Shown: positions 27,913 through 40,777 of the stretch, in pieces
Layout of the letters: every line of letters starts with the position of its first letter
Numbering within the stretch: the first letter of the stretch is position 1
Translations under genes and position numbers: made by a program
Origin: Eledone cirrhosa
Lineage: Eukaryota
NCBI GenBank assembly: GCA_964016885.1
Contig: OZ024743.1
Span: 183,830,001 to 183,894,000 of the forward strand
DNA: 64,000 nucleotides
Reading direction: 5' to 3'
Notes under the pieces: generated by a model
Databases searched by the model: none
What the model saw: only the letters and a program-made list of their open reading frames with translations
What the model was told of the DNA's origin: nothing

Positions 27913-29350
27913 CATACATATATACATACACACATACATACACATACACTCACACATATATACACACATACATTAATAACAACAATAATAATAATAAAAA
28001 TAATAATAATAGCAATAACACACACCACACACACATACACACACGATAGCAACTAACAGTGCTGCGATCGAATGTGGCTTTTTAGCCCAGCCAATGATCT
28101 AAAATGTCTTGCACAGAGTCGGCAACCAAAACATTCACTGGGAATAGTCGGCTGTGGTTGGAGTTCGTGTACTTTTGCATGTCGCTTGAGACCTCCTGCT
28201 GATTTACATTCTCTACCACATGTTTGGCAAGCATGATGAGTAGCATCTCCAACAGCAGCCTGGTAGTCAACCACTGGTCTTACTTTATGACTGCGAAGAT
28301 GACTTTCGAGTCCAGCTTTGCTTAGGCAGAGTCTCGCACAGACGCTGCATGTCAGAACCATAGGAGGACCCTCGCCGTCTGGAAGTGCAACAGCAATGCC
28401 CTTCCCCACGTCCCGCTTTACTTTCTCGTGTGCGATTCGAGATGCCTCAAAGGCAACTTTTCCCTCATATACAGTCTTTCTCCATTTATTACGATCAGCA
28501 GCAATATTTTCCCGTGTATCAGCAGAGATGTTAGCGTCTTTCAGAGAGGCTTTCAAGGAATCCTTATACCTCTTTTTTGGTTTATGTGGCGGTCGTTTTC
28601 CTTTAACCAACTCTCCATAGAGGAGTTGTTTTGGTATTCTAGAATCCTTCATCCTGACAAGGTGACCACTCCAACGGAGTCGTTGCTTAAGCACAAGAGC
28701 TTCTATACTGTCACACATAGAGCTTTCCAAAATCTCGACATCACTGATGTGGTCCCTCCAGTGAACGCCATGGATCCGTCTGAGACACATCTGATGTAAA
28801 CGCTCCAATTGCTTAAGGTGGCGTCGATATGTGACCCAGGTCTCGCAGGCATAAAGAAGACAAGAGAGTACACATGCCCTGTACACCTTTACCTTTGTCC
28901 TCCTGCATATGTGTCGCCGACCCCAGAGTCGCCTTTCCAGCTTTCCGAAAGCATCACTTTCTTTCCTAATCCTAAGTGAGATTTCACTGTCAAGGTTGCC
29001 GTATCGATTGACAGTGCTTCCCAGGTAGACAAACTGATCAACCACTCCAAGTCGTTTGCCATACACATAGATGTTTGGTTCAGTGTACTGCTTACTAGGG
29101 GCAGGTTGGTACATGACGACGGTTTTCTTGAGACTGACAGTCAAACCCAGGGCAGTGCAAGCGTCAGAAAATACATTCAAAATGTGCTGCATATCACTCT
29201 CTGTGTGCACTACAAGATCGCAATCATCTGCATACAAGAGGTCTCTTATGACTGATGTAAATACTTTTGTCTTCGCAGCAAAGCGCCTGATGTTAAATAT
29301 GCTGCCTGAGGTTCGATATCGGATGTAAACACCATGCTCGCAATTCCTGA
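27765..29350 (-). mobile_element. 5'-truncated RTE-clade LINE with three C-terminal C2H2 zinc fingers
   Basis: ORF to stop at 28053: LLYADDC, FVYLGS, CLLYACETW, RLRWSGHLVRM..RIPKQLLYGEL, three CxxC-x12-HxxxH motifs; 3' terminal hairpin ctcg-ataa-cgag. Confidence 0.93.
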
Positions 29351-29440
29351 ATGCAATACAGAAAACCATTGGTACTCTCTTTTGTTGACTCCGTGGACAG
29401 CCATAACTCTATGCTGTAAAGCAATTATAGTAATACTGGA

Positions 29441-29480
<40 letters not shown>

Positions 29481-29485
<5 letters not shown>

Positions 29486-30492
29486 TATGTATACGTACAT
29501 ACATATATGTATACAGACGTACAGTAGTATGCATATATATACATACATGCACACATATATATACGTACGTATCGATTCACCGAACATTTATTATAATGCT
29601 CGGTGTGTTTGTAAACAAACATCCCAAATTAAGCCGTACAGTGTCTAGCAACCATCGTTGCTCATTTGTTCAACACTGACAAAGGAACGCTCTACTAGTT
29701 TCAAGCTTATTAGCTATCATCAGCAACGTATACCTCCCTGCCAGATGATTGAACGTTTGAAAGTATATACTTTCCTTATGCATATTAACGGCTGAGCAGC
29801 CTAATTTGCATATCGAGTGAGTTAATCGGCCGGAGGTACCGAAAACGATAAATGGAAAAAATGAAATGAAATTTCATTTCTCACTCTTAGTACGGCTGTT
29901 ACTTAAATATTAGTATGTATACGTACATACATATATGTATACGTACAGTAGTATGTATATATATATACATACATGCACACACATATATATGTACGTATGG
30001 ATTCACCGAACATATATTATAATGCTCAGTGTGTTTGCAAACAAACATCCCTAATTTTTCCGTTTATCGTTTTCGGTATCCCGGCCGATTAACTCACTCG
30101 ATATGCAAATTAGGCTGCTCAGCCGTTAATATACATAAGGAAAATATATACTTTCAGACGTTCAATCATCTGGCAGGAAGGTATACGTTGCTGACGATAG
30201 CTAATAAGCTTGAAACTAGTACAGCGTTCCTTTGTCAGTGTTGAACAAATGAGCAACGATGGTTGCTACACACTGTACGGCTTAATTCGGAATGTTTGTT
30301 TACAAACACACCGAGCATTATAATAAATGTTCGATGAATCCATACGTACATATATGTGTGCATGTATGTATATATATATACATACTACTGTACGTCTGTA
30401 TACATATATGTATGTACGTATACATACTTATATTTAAGTAACAGCCGTACTAAGAGTGAGAAATGAAATTTCGTTTCATCTTTTCCGTTTAT
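29481..30492. repeat. ~430-bp unit in partial tandem plus inverted copy, carrying hammerhead motifs (retrozyme/pLTR-like)
   Basis: 29481-30054 holds ~1.3 direct units; 30055-30492 is one inverted unit. Confidence 0.85.
30185..30227 (+). ncRNA. Minimal type I hammerhead ribozyme motif
   Basis: acgttg-CTGACGA-tagctaataagctt-GAAA-ctaGTA-cagcgt: stem I acgttg/cagcgt, stem II agct/agct, palindromic stem III actagt. Second copy at 29687-29729 (-) with CTGATGA. Confidence 0.75.
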
Positions 30493-30828
30493 ATATATAA
30501 TCAGTTTGTGTTTACACGCTTACACACACACACACATATATATATATATGAAATATAATGTATAATTTTTGTCACAAATTCACAATGAAAATTTGACTGA
30601 GGGACTCTGTAAAAAAGATTGTTGTATTGTGTAAAGACAGTCCCCAAGTCAGTCAGATTTTCATTTTTCCATTTTTCAACTTGCTATTCTCTTTTCCCTT
30701 TCTTTCATGATAAGTATGGGTTCTACGTAATCCCGTTTTGTAATTCTGATGAGACCGTCCTGTCTTGCACCATAAATGGATGATGGAGCTGGGCCATTGA
30801 AATATGTATAGTGATTTCACGGAATTAA

Positions 30829-30988
30829 AATTTACAACATATCTTCCCGTCCGGCCTTCTGTTGTCGTTTTAAATATATTTATATGTGTGTGTGTGTGTG
30901 TGTGTGTATATATACACACACACACACACACATATATATATATTTAAAACGACAACAGAAGGCCGGACTGGAAGATATGTTGTAAATT
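30829..30988. repeat. Inverted repeat around a (TG)/(CA) centre
   Basis: aatttacaacatatcttcc.gtccggccttctgttgtcgttttaaat and its reverse complement. Confidence 0.85.
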
Positions 30989-30994
30989 ATATAT

Positions 30995-32145
30995 ATTAGA
31001 ATTGGAGCTCTGAAATAGCAATATATATATGGATGTATATATAATGTATTTTGTAATACACTTTATGCTTAATTAAAAGCATTTTGAAGACCGTATGCTA
31101 TTGTTTTAGAGTAGTGACAAATTCACTTACTTTAATCTCAGCAAACAGGGGAGATTTAAGCATAAAGTGTATTGCAAAATACATTATATATGGTGGCTGC
31201 CAACTCGTTTTCGAGTACGGCCACTACTTTATATCCATGTAGGAGAACCCCTACCGATGCGCTGAATGACTGTGACTTTTTAGTCCAGCCAGCGACTTGA
31301 AAACTCTGGTACAAACACTACACTTGTGACAATTATTGACACATAGTGCTGGGCCCATGGTACCATGTGAGGACAAGTGCAGAGAGATCTCCAGATATAA
31401 AGCAATGCCTGTGCCGTGAAGCTTTTATAGTGAGCAAAGGCACTGCACAAAGCCAGTCCCACTCTCTTAACCAAGATGATATTTACCAAAAAGAAGAACA
31501 AGTCAACATCATTGGATACCATCAGGGTTGCAGGTGTTATATCAGAGTTTTCCTTCTCCTAGAATTCTGCCTTGACAAAGGCTAAGGGGTCATCTCTCCC
31601 GGTGATTTTGGATGGCCATTGACTCTTAAGAGCTCCTTTGCCCTTTGACAGGTTTTGTTTTTAGTCCTGCAGGATGTCCAAAGTCACCCTCCTCACCAAG
31701 AAACCTTGGTGGGGTTGCCAGTTTAGTCGCCAACGACCCGACCATGAGACAGGTTGTACTGGGATACATGTTACCAGTAGCACCAACTGGTGACCTGACA
31801 TAAAACATTATATATACATCCATATATATATTGCTATTTCAGAGCTCCAATTCTAATTTTTAATTTCTGCCTGACCAACAATCGCTCTGTATAATCAGCT
31901 CCTGATTATTTATTAGAATTCTATAAGAATATAACATCAGTAATCTCAGTAGACAGGAGGGGTAGTTAGCCTTGATAAGCTTCAACAAAAGCGAAACAAG
32001 CCCCTTGTCGGCTTATCTCCCCTGTTTGCTGATATTAAAGTAAGTGAATTTGTCACTACTCTAAAACAATAACATACGGTCTTCAAAATGCTTTTAATTA
32101 AGCATAAAGTGTATTACAAAATACATTATATATACATCCATATAT
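30995..32145. repeat. pLTR-like tandem/inverted repeat with degenerate hammerhead (31968-32013), interrupted by the RTE-related element
   Basis: 30995-31155 is inverted relative to 31806-31857 and 32015-32145; motif agcc-TTGATAA-gctt..aagc-GAAA-caagccccttGTC-ggct. Confidence 0.7.
31191..31800 (-). mobile_element. Full ~610-bp non-autonomous RTE-related element
   Basis: Three copies in window; flanked by a putative target duplication acattatata; minus strand has RTE 5'UTR-like ggagaaggaaaactctga and a 3' end matching the RTE end at 27765. Confidence 0.85.
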
Positions 32146-32182
32146 ATATATATATATATATATATAATTCTTATTGTCACTT

Positions 32183-32299
<117 letters not shown>

Positions 32300-33041
32300 A
32301 GTTATAGTAAATAAAATACCTCCACGCTACAATTCTTTCCGTGGATTAAAGATGGGTATTTATTCCCTGAGGAGGTTCTAATTTGTTTAAACTGGTTAGA
32401 TCGATTCTATTTAACAGATCACTTTTATTCATTAACTTCGATCTCATTACTTTTCATAGCAAGCAGAAATGTGTATGTTATTAAAGCAGGGCTTTCCTCG
32501 AGGGCTGGTTTCCTTCTAGAGTCAGCTGAATATTGTCACCCCGATGTTTATAAGGGTCATGTATGAACAGTCCCTATTTATTTTGGAATAGACATTGGCA
32601 TATGTTGCACAAGAGTCTAGGAAGAGGGCGTAGCCTATTCATCATCACTCTCCTTTCGGTGCATTGTTGATCATCATGGAGCCCTCCTCGGTGTTTGAAC
32701 CCTTAAAAACAGCTTTCGTTCAAGTTTTACTATTTGCAGCTGATTTCTGCCAGGATCAATGATGACTCTAGTTGATCCTAAAAAAGATCGCTTGGTTACA
32801 CAGCGGGATTATAGTGAACAAATCATCACATCAAACCCAGGAAACTAATATTCAATCTACTGCTACTATGTGTCGGTGACGGCTCCTTATAGAAGGAGGA
32901 GAATTTGAAGTTGGGGGACACAGAGCCATATCAGATACACTAAAGTATTCAGATATTACTATAGTTTTAGCAATGCTTCTCCACCTAGATACATGTATTA
33001 ATGTACATACACACATACATACATGCACACACACACACAAG

Positions 33042-33144
<103 letters not shown>

Positions 33145-33164
33145 CAAAATATATATATATAACA

Positions 33165-36100
33165 AAACTTGTTAAACGTAATGCATATATCACCCTTAAA
33201 GATCACAAACCTGACTTTATTAATCGTCCTAGTTGTAGATTAATCAACCCTGCTAAGACTGATATTGGTCTCGCCAGCAAAAAAAAATTTTAAATAATAT
33301 AAATACACATATTAGAAGTAAGTCTAAATTACTCCAATGGATAAATAGCTCTTCCGTAGTACATTGGTTTAATAAAATTAATAACAAAAATAGTTCTAGA
33401 TTCACCCAATTTGACATTGTAGATTTCTACCCATCTATCACTCAGACTCTTTTAGCGAAAGCTTTAAATTTCGCTAGTGAGTTTACCAATATCTCTGATA
33501 TTGAAGAGAATGTCATCTTGCACGCTAGAAACACTCTACTCTTTACTGATAATGACACTTGGGTAAAAATATCTAACCCAGAGAGCCCATTCGATGTCTC
33601 AATGGGCTCTTATGACAGTGCTGATGTTTGTGATTTAGTCGGCCTATTCCTCCTACACACACTTAAAGTAAAATTCCCTAATCATATTTTTGGGCTTTAT
33701 CGTGACGATCGTCTAATACTTTCCCATACTACCATAGGCCATAACTTAGATAGATTAAGGAAAGACCTAATAAAAACCATTGCTAGTTTTAATCTTAAAA
33801 TTACTATTGACACTAACCTTTCTAATGTAAATTTCCTAGATATAAACCTATATTTGCCTACTGCTTCTTATAAACCATACCATAAACCTAATGAAAATTT
33901 AAAATATATAAATAAAGGCTCTTGCCATCCTCCTATAGTTTTTAAAAACTTTATCCCTAATATTAGCCGTAGGATCTCCACCCTCTCTTCCTCATAAGCT
34001 ATTTTCAATAAGGCATCCCCCTACTATAATAAAGCCCTCCAAAATAGCGGTTTTAGCGAACCGATTAAATACATACCCAACTATACTAACTCTAATAAAC
34101 ATAATAACAGGAAAAGAAAAATAATCTGGTTCACACCCCCCTACTCTCTAGCAGTTAAAACTAATGTAGGCAAAAAATTCCTAGAGCTCTTAGATAAACA
34201 TTTCCCTAGAACACAAAGATACTATAAGATCTTTAACAGAAACTGTGTCAAAATTAGCTACTCCCGCGGTCCCCCCTATTAAATCTTATATAATCAACAA
34301 AAAATCACCTAGAGAACATCAAAATTACTCCTGTAGAATCAAAAGTGAATGCCCATTACAAGGTAAATGCAACACCAAAGCCATTGTATATGCGGCTAAA
34401 GTGACAACCATCAGCAACAACCAACCAGCCACCAGTGAACGATATGTGGGTATGACGCAAGACAAATTCAAAACGCGTTATTACTCACATGTCGCATCCT
34501 TTCGACACCCAGAAAAAAGATTTACAACAGCTCTGGCTAGCAGAATATGGGATTTGAAAGACCAAGGTATCCAATATAAATTGGATTGGTCAATTTTGAA
34601 CCAATCTAAAGAATATGCAAGAGGAACAAGAAAATGCACGCTCTGCATAAATGAAAAATATTGGATTTTACAAAACCTTAAATCACCAAAGACCTGCCTA
34701 AACACAAAGACAGAAATTTTCACCAGTTGCCCACACATGAAATCACACCTGCTTTCCAGCTCATATAAACTTAACACACTTTCAGATACTTATCCTCCAT
34801 AAGCTCTTATTCTTCACTCAAATTATTCTCTTTAAGTTTACCTTTTCTGATTTATTTTTATTTTTATTTTTATTTTTATTTTTATTTTTATTTTTATTTT
34901 TATTTTTACTTCACACACACCCCACTACCCCCTCCCCTACACACTTTACTCTCCGATTCACTACCTAATATCTTCACTTTCCACCTTTTACTTCCCTATT
35001 TTCTTCACTACCTGATTACACAAGTCATTTGCGTTTTCCACTCCAGATATTTTCTGTTATTTAGCAGCCAGTTTTATATTTTTATATTTGCACTCACTCA
35101 TTCATAAGGCTGTTTTTACACCCTGTATCTATGTGTCTGAGCGTCTTTACGTGTGTATACTTTCTGTATATGTACACGAACGCCTCCGTATGTACGCGCG
35201 CGTGCGTGTGTATATATATATATATATATATATGTGTGTTTGTATGTGTGTTTTTATATCTGTGTCTTTACATCTATGTTTTTGTACATTCTTATTTTTA
35301 TGTGCGTGCATGTTAGCGGGTCAACGTGCGTGAGTGTATATATGTGTGTGTGTGTGAGTGTGTGCGTACTGCATATATGGATGTGTATGTGTGCGTATGT
35401 ATATATATATGTGTATATATGTATTTATGTGTGTGTATGTGTTGTGTGTGTATACAGTCGCGTACGTATGCGTATTAGATATACACGGGGCGATGTATAT
35501 GTATATATATATGTGCATCCTATGTGTGTATGTACGTTTGCATACGCTTTTGTCTGCACCTTTTGCGTGTGTATATATATATTTTTTTTATAGATATGTT
35601 TCTTTTAGATATATGTATGTATGTACGCGTGTACCTTGTTTGTTTTCTTTTCTTTACTTTGCAAATTTATTGTTCCATTTTTATAATTATATTGATATTG
35701 ATACTTTCTTTTTACTATTACATTCCCTTACCTCTTTTTCTTCCGCATATAAGTGTACGCGCGTGCGTGTGTGTTTATACGCGTGCCCTCATATTCTTAT
35801 AATGTATCTAACACCCTGTTTTCTCTGTATACCTGTCAAACAGACACTTATATCATGTGTGTGTCTATCGTTACATATATACATATATTTACGCACACAT
35901 TTTCACTATACACACGCATTCGTACATATATACATATGTATATCTGTGAGTCTATATACATACATATACACACACCTAAATATATTTCTTAAAATATTTT
36001 TTTTATATATTTTATATTTTATATGTCTATTGTATTACCTTCATCTATATATATATAATTTTTCTTACATTTCTTGAGGAGACTTTCAAAATATTTATCT

Positions 36101-36285
36101 ATGTTTTATATTGCCTCGTCCGACGAACGAATGAAGACGTCTCTTTCGTATTCGTCTTATTCGGGAAACCTCTGGTAATGAGGTAATTATTTTGTATTGA
36201 TTTTTATACATTAAATTTTGCTCTGGTACTTACATAGAGCACTCTTCACTCCTATGATTTTTTTCTATTTTCAACGGAAACTTCA

Positions 36286-36290
<5 letters not shown>
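33165..36290 (+). mobile_element. 5'-truncated Penelope-like element (Naiad-like) with long microsatellite-rich 3' UTR/pLTR
   Basis: [67 protein letters not shown]; stops and frameshifts; coding ends at 34802. Confidence 0.92.
36111..36186 (+). ncRNA. Type I hammerhead motif in pLTR (core variant CCGACGA)
   Basis: ttgcctcgt-CCGACGA-long stem II-GAAA-cctctgGTA-atgaggtaa; 9-bp stem I including G-U pairs. Confidence 0.65.
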
Positions 36291-36338
<48 letters not shown>

Positions 36339-36589
36339 TCTATATCCAACATTGATGAAGGAGATGATTGAGTCGGTTGACAATTTCTGGTAAAGAATAA
36401 TGATCATTCTGCATAAAAATATTAACCACAGTTCGTGTGTGTGTGTGTGTGTATGTATATATACACCTATGTGGTTGGCGGCTGAGAGAAAAGAGTACTC
36501 AATACCGAAGTAGAGTTTTAATATTAATTTTATTAAGGCTAAATAGTGAGTTTTTTTTTACTTTGGAGTTTCGCCTGTTTATCACAGGG

Positions 36590-36657
<68 letters not shown>

Positions 36658-36662
<5 letters not shown>

Positions 36663-37102
36663 ACGTCAAAACGGCCTGTCTCAAAAGTGAAACTAATTTT
36701 TGACAGTTACGTACACGTTATAAGAGTTATTTAAATTTATATATATAAAATAAAGGAGCAAATAAGAGCATGATATGAAGTCAGTCATGTGTGTGTGTAT
36801 ATATGTGTGTGTGTGTGTAAACGAATGTAAAATAATATAGGTAGGGCATAGATAAGGTTTCCTAGAATTTTACACACACACGTGTATAAATTATAGTGTG
36901 TATGTGTGCATATATAAGTGTATATGTGTGTGTACTTTTACATTCGTTTCCACACATATATACACACACACACATGACTGACTTCATATCATGCTCTTAT
37001 TTGCTCCTTTATTTTATACATATAAATTTAAATAACTCTTATAACGTGTACGTAACTGTCAAAAATTAGTTTCACTTTTGAGACCGGCCGTTTTGACGTA
37101 TG

Positions 37103-37104
<2 letters not shown>
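36658..37104. mobile_element. MITE/foldback element with ~175-bp TIRs in (TA)n
   Basis: Ends ggcatacgtcaaaacggcc / ggccgttttgacgtatgcc; second copy at 62749. Confidence 0.85.
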
Positions 37105-37162
<58 letters not shown>

Positions 37163-37645
37163 CTGACCTGGAAATCCCTGAATTTAACTTATTTAACTTG
37201 AAAACCACCAAATTCGACAGTCAAATTTTTTTCATTTTCAGAGGCCCTGAAGTTAAACATAAACATTAAATGACCACATACAGTTATAAACAAACAAACG
37301 GTTTCCCAAGGCAAGGGAGATACTTTGAGATTGTAATGGTTTCATCAATTTACTTACTACAAAAAACAAAAAAAATATTTGTTCCAAAAATATTTAGATG
37401 CCATGTATGCATAGCCGAACTTTTGGACTGTCACGAAGCGTTGATGGGATAAAGTTAATATAAAGTGTGGTGTGCTCATCAACGGAGATGCTATAAAATA
37501 GAGTAGATACCCTTAAAGACTGAAAAAGAAGTCTTTAAGGGTCTACAGCCTAATTTACTAGCTATTTTATATTTATATTAACTTTATATTAATTCTAGAT
37601 GTTAATTTAACTATTAATAATACAATATACATATCACTATTAATG

Positions 37646-37829
37646 GTGAATTGGCAGTATCGGTAGACGGTCGGACGCCATGCTTTGACGCATAGAGTTA
37701 CGGCCCTTGCCATTCTGAGTTCAAATCCCGCTGATGTTAACTTTGCCTTTCATCCTTACGGGGTCGATAACATAAAGTACCAGTAATGAACTGGAATAAT
37801 TGCTGGCCTTGTGCCAATAATAGAAACAA
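37646..37829 (+). mobile_element. tRNA-derived SINE (Octopus OR-like)
   Basis: A box tggcagtatcgg, B box gagttcaaatcc, conserved core gcctttcatccttacggggtcgataa. Confidence 0.85.
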
Positions 37830-38027
37830 CTATCAATGTAAGTAGTGCTTCTAATGTAGCTATTTATAAAGATTATAAGCTCAACTATATCATTTTCTAC
37901 TATTAGCTGAAACTTCGAAGTCACTGCCATTTTTCTACCAAGAAAATAACATTTCTTCACTCTGCCTACCGGTATTGAGTGCCCAGTTAGTTAATGTTTG
38001 CATGTTTTAAGTACTACATTCATACAT

Positions 38028-38065
<38 letters not shown>

Positions 38066-38070
<5 letters not shown>

Positions 38071-39467
38071 ATCAAAAGATGGTTAAAAGAGTTCCATGTA
38101 TTTTATTATGCGCATTTCAAAAACAAATATCATCATGCGATAACATTTGCGTTTTCGTCAGATAAAATAGGGAGACATGATATGAAGGTTAAAAAACACT
38201 TGTGAATAGTGCAGTTTTAAATCAACATATGAAAAGTAGTTTTAGATTGATGTGTGATATTGGGGAAAAATTGAGGGGGGGGGGGGTGAAAAAGAGGAGG
38301 AGATGAGAGTAAAACATGGAGGGGGAAGAGTATAATGAGAAAGGATGAGATAGGAGGAGAGATGGGTGATAGAGAGAGAGAGATAGCTTTTATAACTGAG
38401 AAAAATATATTGTTTTACATAGAGAAGTTAAAAAACCGTTGGAAGATAATATATAAATTAAAAGAATTTGAAAATTAACGAAGAGAAAAATTTTAGAATA
38501 ATGTTAAATTAAGGTTTGTATATTGAAGGGTTTAATAATATGTGCGATGAAAAGAAATTGTTAATATGTATTAAGAATAATATTTAAGGGTTTAATAATA
38601 TGTGCGATGGAAAGAAATTGTTGATATGTGTTATTAAAAAAATATAAAAATATAACAATAGTAATGTAATTAAGGATATATTGTGAAAAGAAGTAGAAGA
38701 GTGGATGAAAAAGTGTAATATGTATAAGTTAGATGAGCATGAAAGGGAGAAAAAAATAATGAATTGAGGATAAATAATCTAACGTCAAAAAAATGTTTAT
38801 GTTTACGAAGGATTTTTCAAGGTGATATTATAAAGTAAGGATATATTGTGCTGAGTAATAATGAGAATTGAGAAGTATCTAGGAAGAAAAGGTACAGATT
38901 AGAGGTTAGAAATTAAAAGAAAAAGAAAAAAGGAAAAAAGAAAGAAAGGGAAGTGATAAATAGTAGTGATATAGAATGAGTAACTAGTATTATATAATGT
39001 ATAATAAATAACATTGAAATAAGGTAGAAAGATGGGTATATTTTTAAAGAAATATATATGTATATATATATATATATATATATGTGCCTTTGAGAAAAGG
39101 ATTTTAAATTGGTAAAGTATTAGATATTAGCTGTATACTTTATGGAATGTTCTGTGGAATTTATGCAAGCAGAGAGAAAACAAGTCAGTGCGTCTATTTA
39201 TTATAGAATCCAAATTAGATATAATGGTAAATTTTTCACATAAACAGAGATTGCATGTCTTGGATAGAGAACCATTCAAGTATGGAGAAGCAGAACAAAC
39301 CTTCTTCCAAGAGATGTTATAGTTAATATTTTTGTCTTTCAAGGACCACATGAGTTCTGAGAGTGCCGTGTTGGTTCTTTTAATTTGGTATTTAAAAGAC
39401 GAATGATGATTATAAAGACGAGCTTTATTGTACTACTGCTTTATTGTACTACAATAAAACTCACCTC
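38066..39467 (-). mobile_element. 3' fragment of a Naiad-like Penelope element with pLTR
   Basis: 39127-39420 encodes TALSELMWSLKD..ISW..CNLCLCEK..CLH; pLTR 38066-38231 is inverted relative to 43733-43898; 39422-39467 is an inverted pLTR-end piece. Confidence 0.85.
38100..38168 (-). ncRNA. Minimal type I hammerhead motif
   Basis: attttat-CTGACGA-long stem II (gcat loop)-GAAA-tgcgcATA-ataaaat. Confidence 0.75.
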
Positions 39468-39469
39468 GT

Positions 39470-39508
<39 letters not shown>

Positions 39509-39537
39509 GTTATGTAATAAACAACATAAGATAATTA

Positions 39538-39598
39538 TTTCATTTACCAGTGGTTTCTTGAAAGCAAGCAAAATTTGCTTTCAGTCATCAGAATGAAA
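39538..39598 (-). ncRNA. Type I hammerhead motif in solo pLTR
   Basis: tttcatt-CTGATGA-c tgaaagca..tgctttca a-GAAA-ccactgGTA-aatgaaa. Confidence 0.7.
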
Positions 39599-39726
39599 AA
39601 ATCCTGGTGTATTTATTGACAGTGGATAACACACACACGCACACACACATATACATACACACATATATTCATATATACACATATACATATATATATACAT
39701 ACACACATATATACATACACATACAA

Positions 39727-39786
<60 letters not shown>

Positions 39787-40112
39787 ACATACACATACAC
39801 ATAAACACATACACATATATATACACACACATATACACGCATACATACGCACACACATATATAGATATATATACACACACCTACATACGCACATACACAA
39901 TTAATTATTTTTAAAAAAACAATGAACAAACATATAAGGCAATAGGCCGTCACATAAAAATAAAAAATATACGACCTAAGAAAATAAAAATTATTATAAA
40001 GTTGACAGCGATACAGGAAAGGACACAAATAAATAAACAAACACACGTGGTAAGCAATACACACATCTACACATACACATACATACATATAAATATATAC
40101 ATACACACACAC

Positions 40113-40171
<59 letters not shown>

Positions 40172-40527
40172 CATACATATACACACACATATATATATAT
40201 AAGAAAATACATAAATATTATATATATATAAAAATAAAAATAAAAATAAAAATAAAAAGGTGGAAGGAGTAAACAAATAGTTGGGAATACGACAAATAAT
40301 AAATAAATAAATAGATAAAGGTATAAATGTTTATAGCTGATTTAGAGCACTCAACAAGTTCCTGGAGAAAATAATCAATGACAATTAAATCACTCTGTAT
40401 GTAATTATGCATATACATTCACATATATACATACACACACACACACACACAACCATACAAATATATATATATATATATATAGGAAAAAGTATGACCCCGA
40501 CGGCAGAGCTCAAGCCGTTTCGACGGC

Positions 40528-40566
<39 letters not shown>

Positions 40567-40710
40567 TATTTAAAGGTTAAACAAGGTTCAATGAATTAAT
40601 CAAAGAATTAGTTTTACAATAGATTGGAAGCACTCAACAGTGACGGTTTTCCGGAGTTATTAATATTAATTCAAAATATTAACAAAAATAGACATTCGTG
40701 TGATCAAGTA

Positions 40711-40777
40711 TATTTTATTATACATATTTCAGAGGTACTGAGCTATCTTCAACAGTATGTCCTCATCAGATAAAATA
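40711..40777 (-). ncRNA. Type I hammerhead motif
   Basis: tattttat-CTGATGA-ggacatactg..cagtacctct-GAAA-tatgtATA-ataaaata; perfect 8-bp stem I. Confidence 0.7.

Noticed and set aside
35088-36077. Many short YI/CV/HT-rich ORFs here and across the window
   Set aside because: Dinucleotide microsatellite translations.
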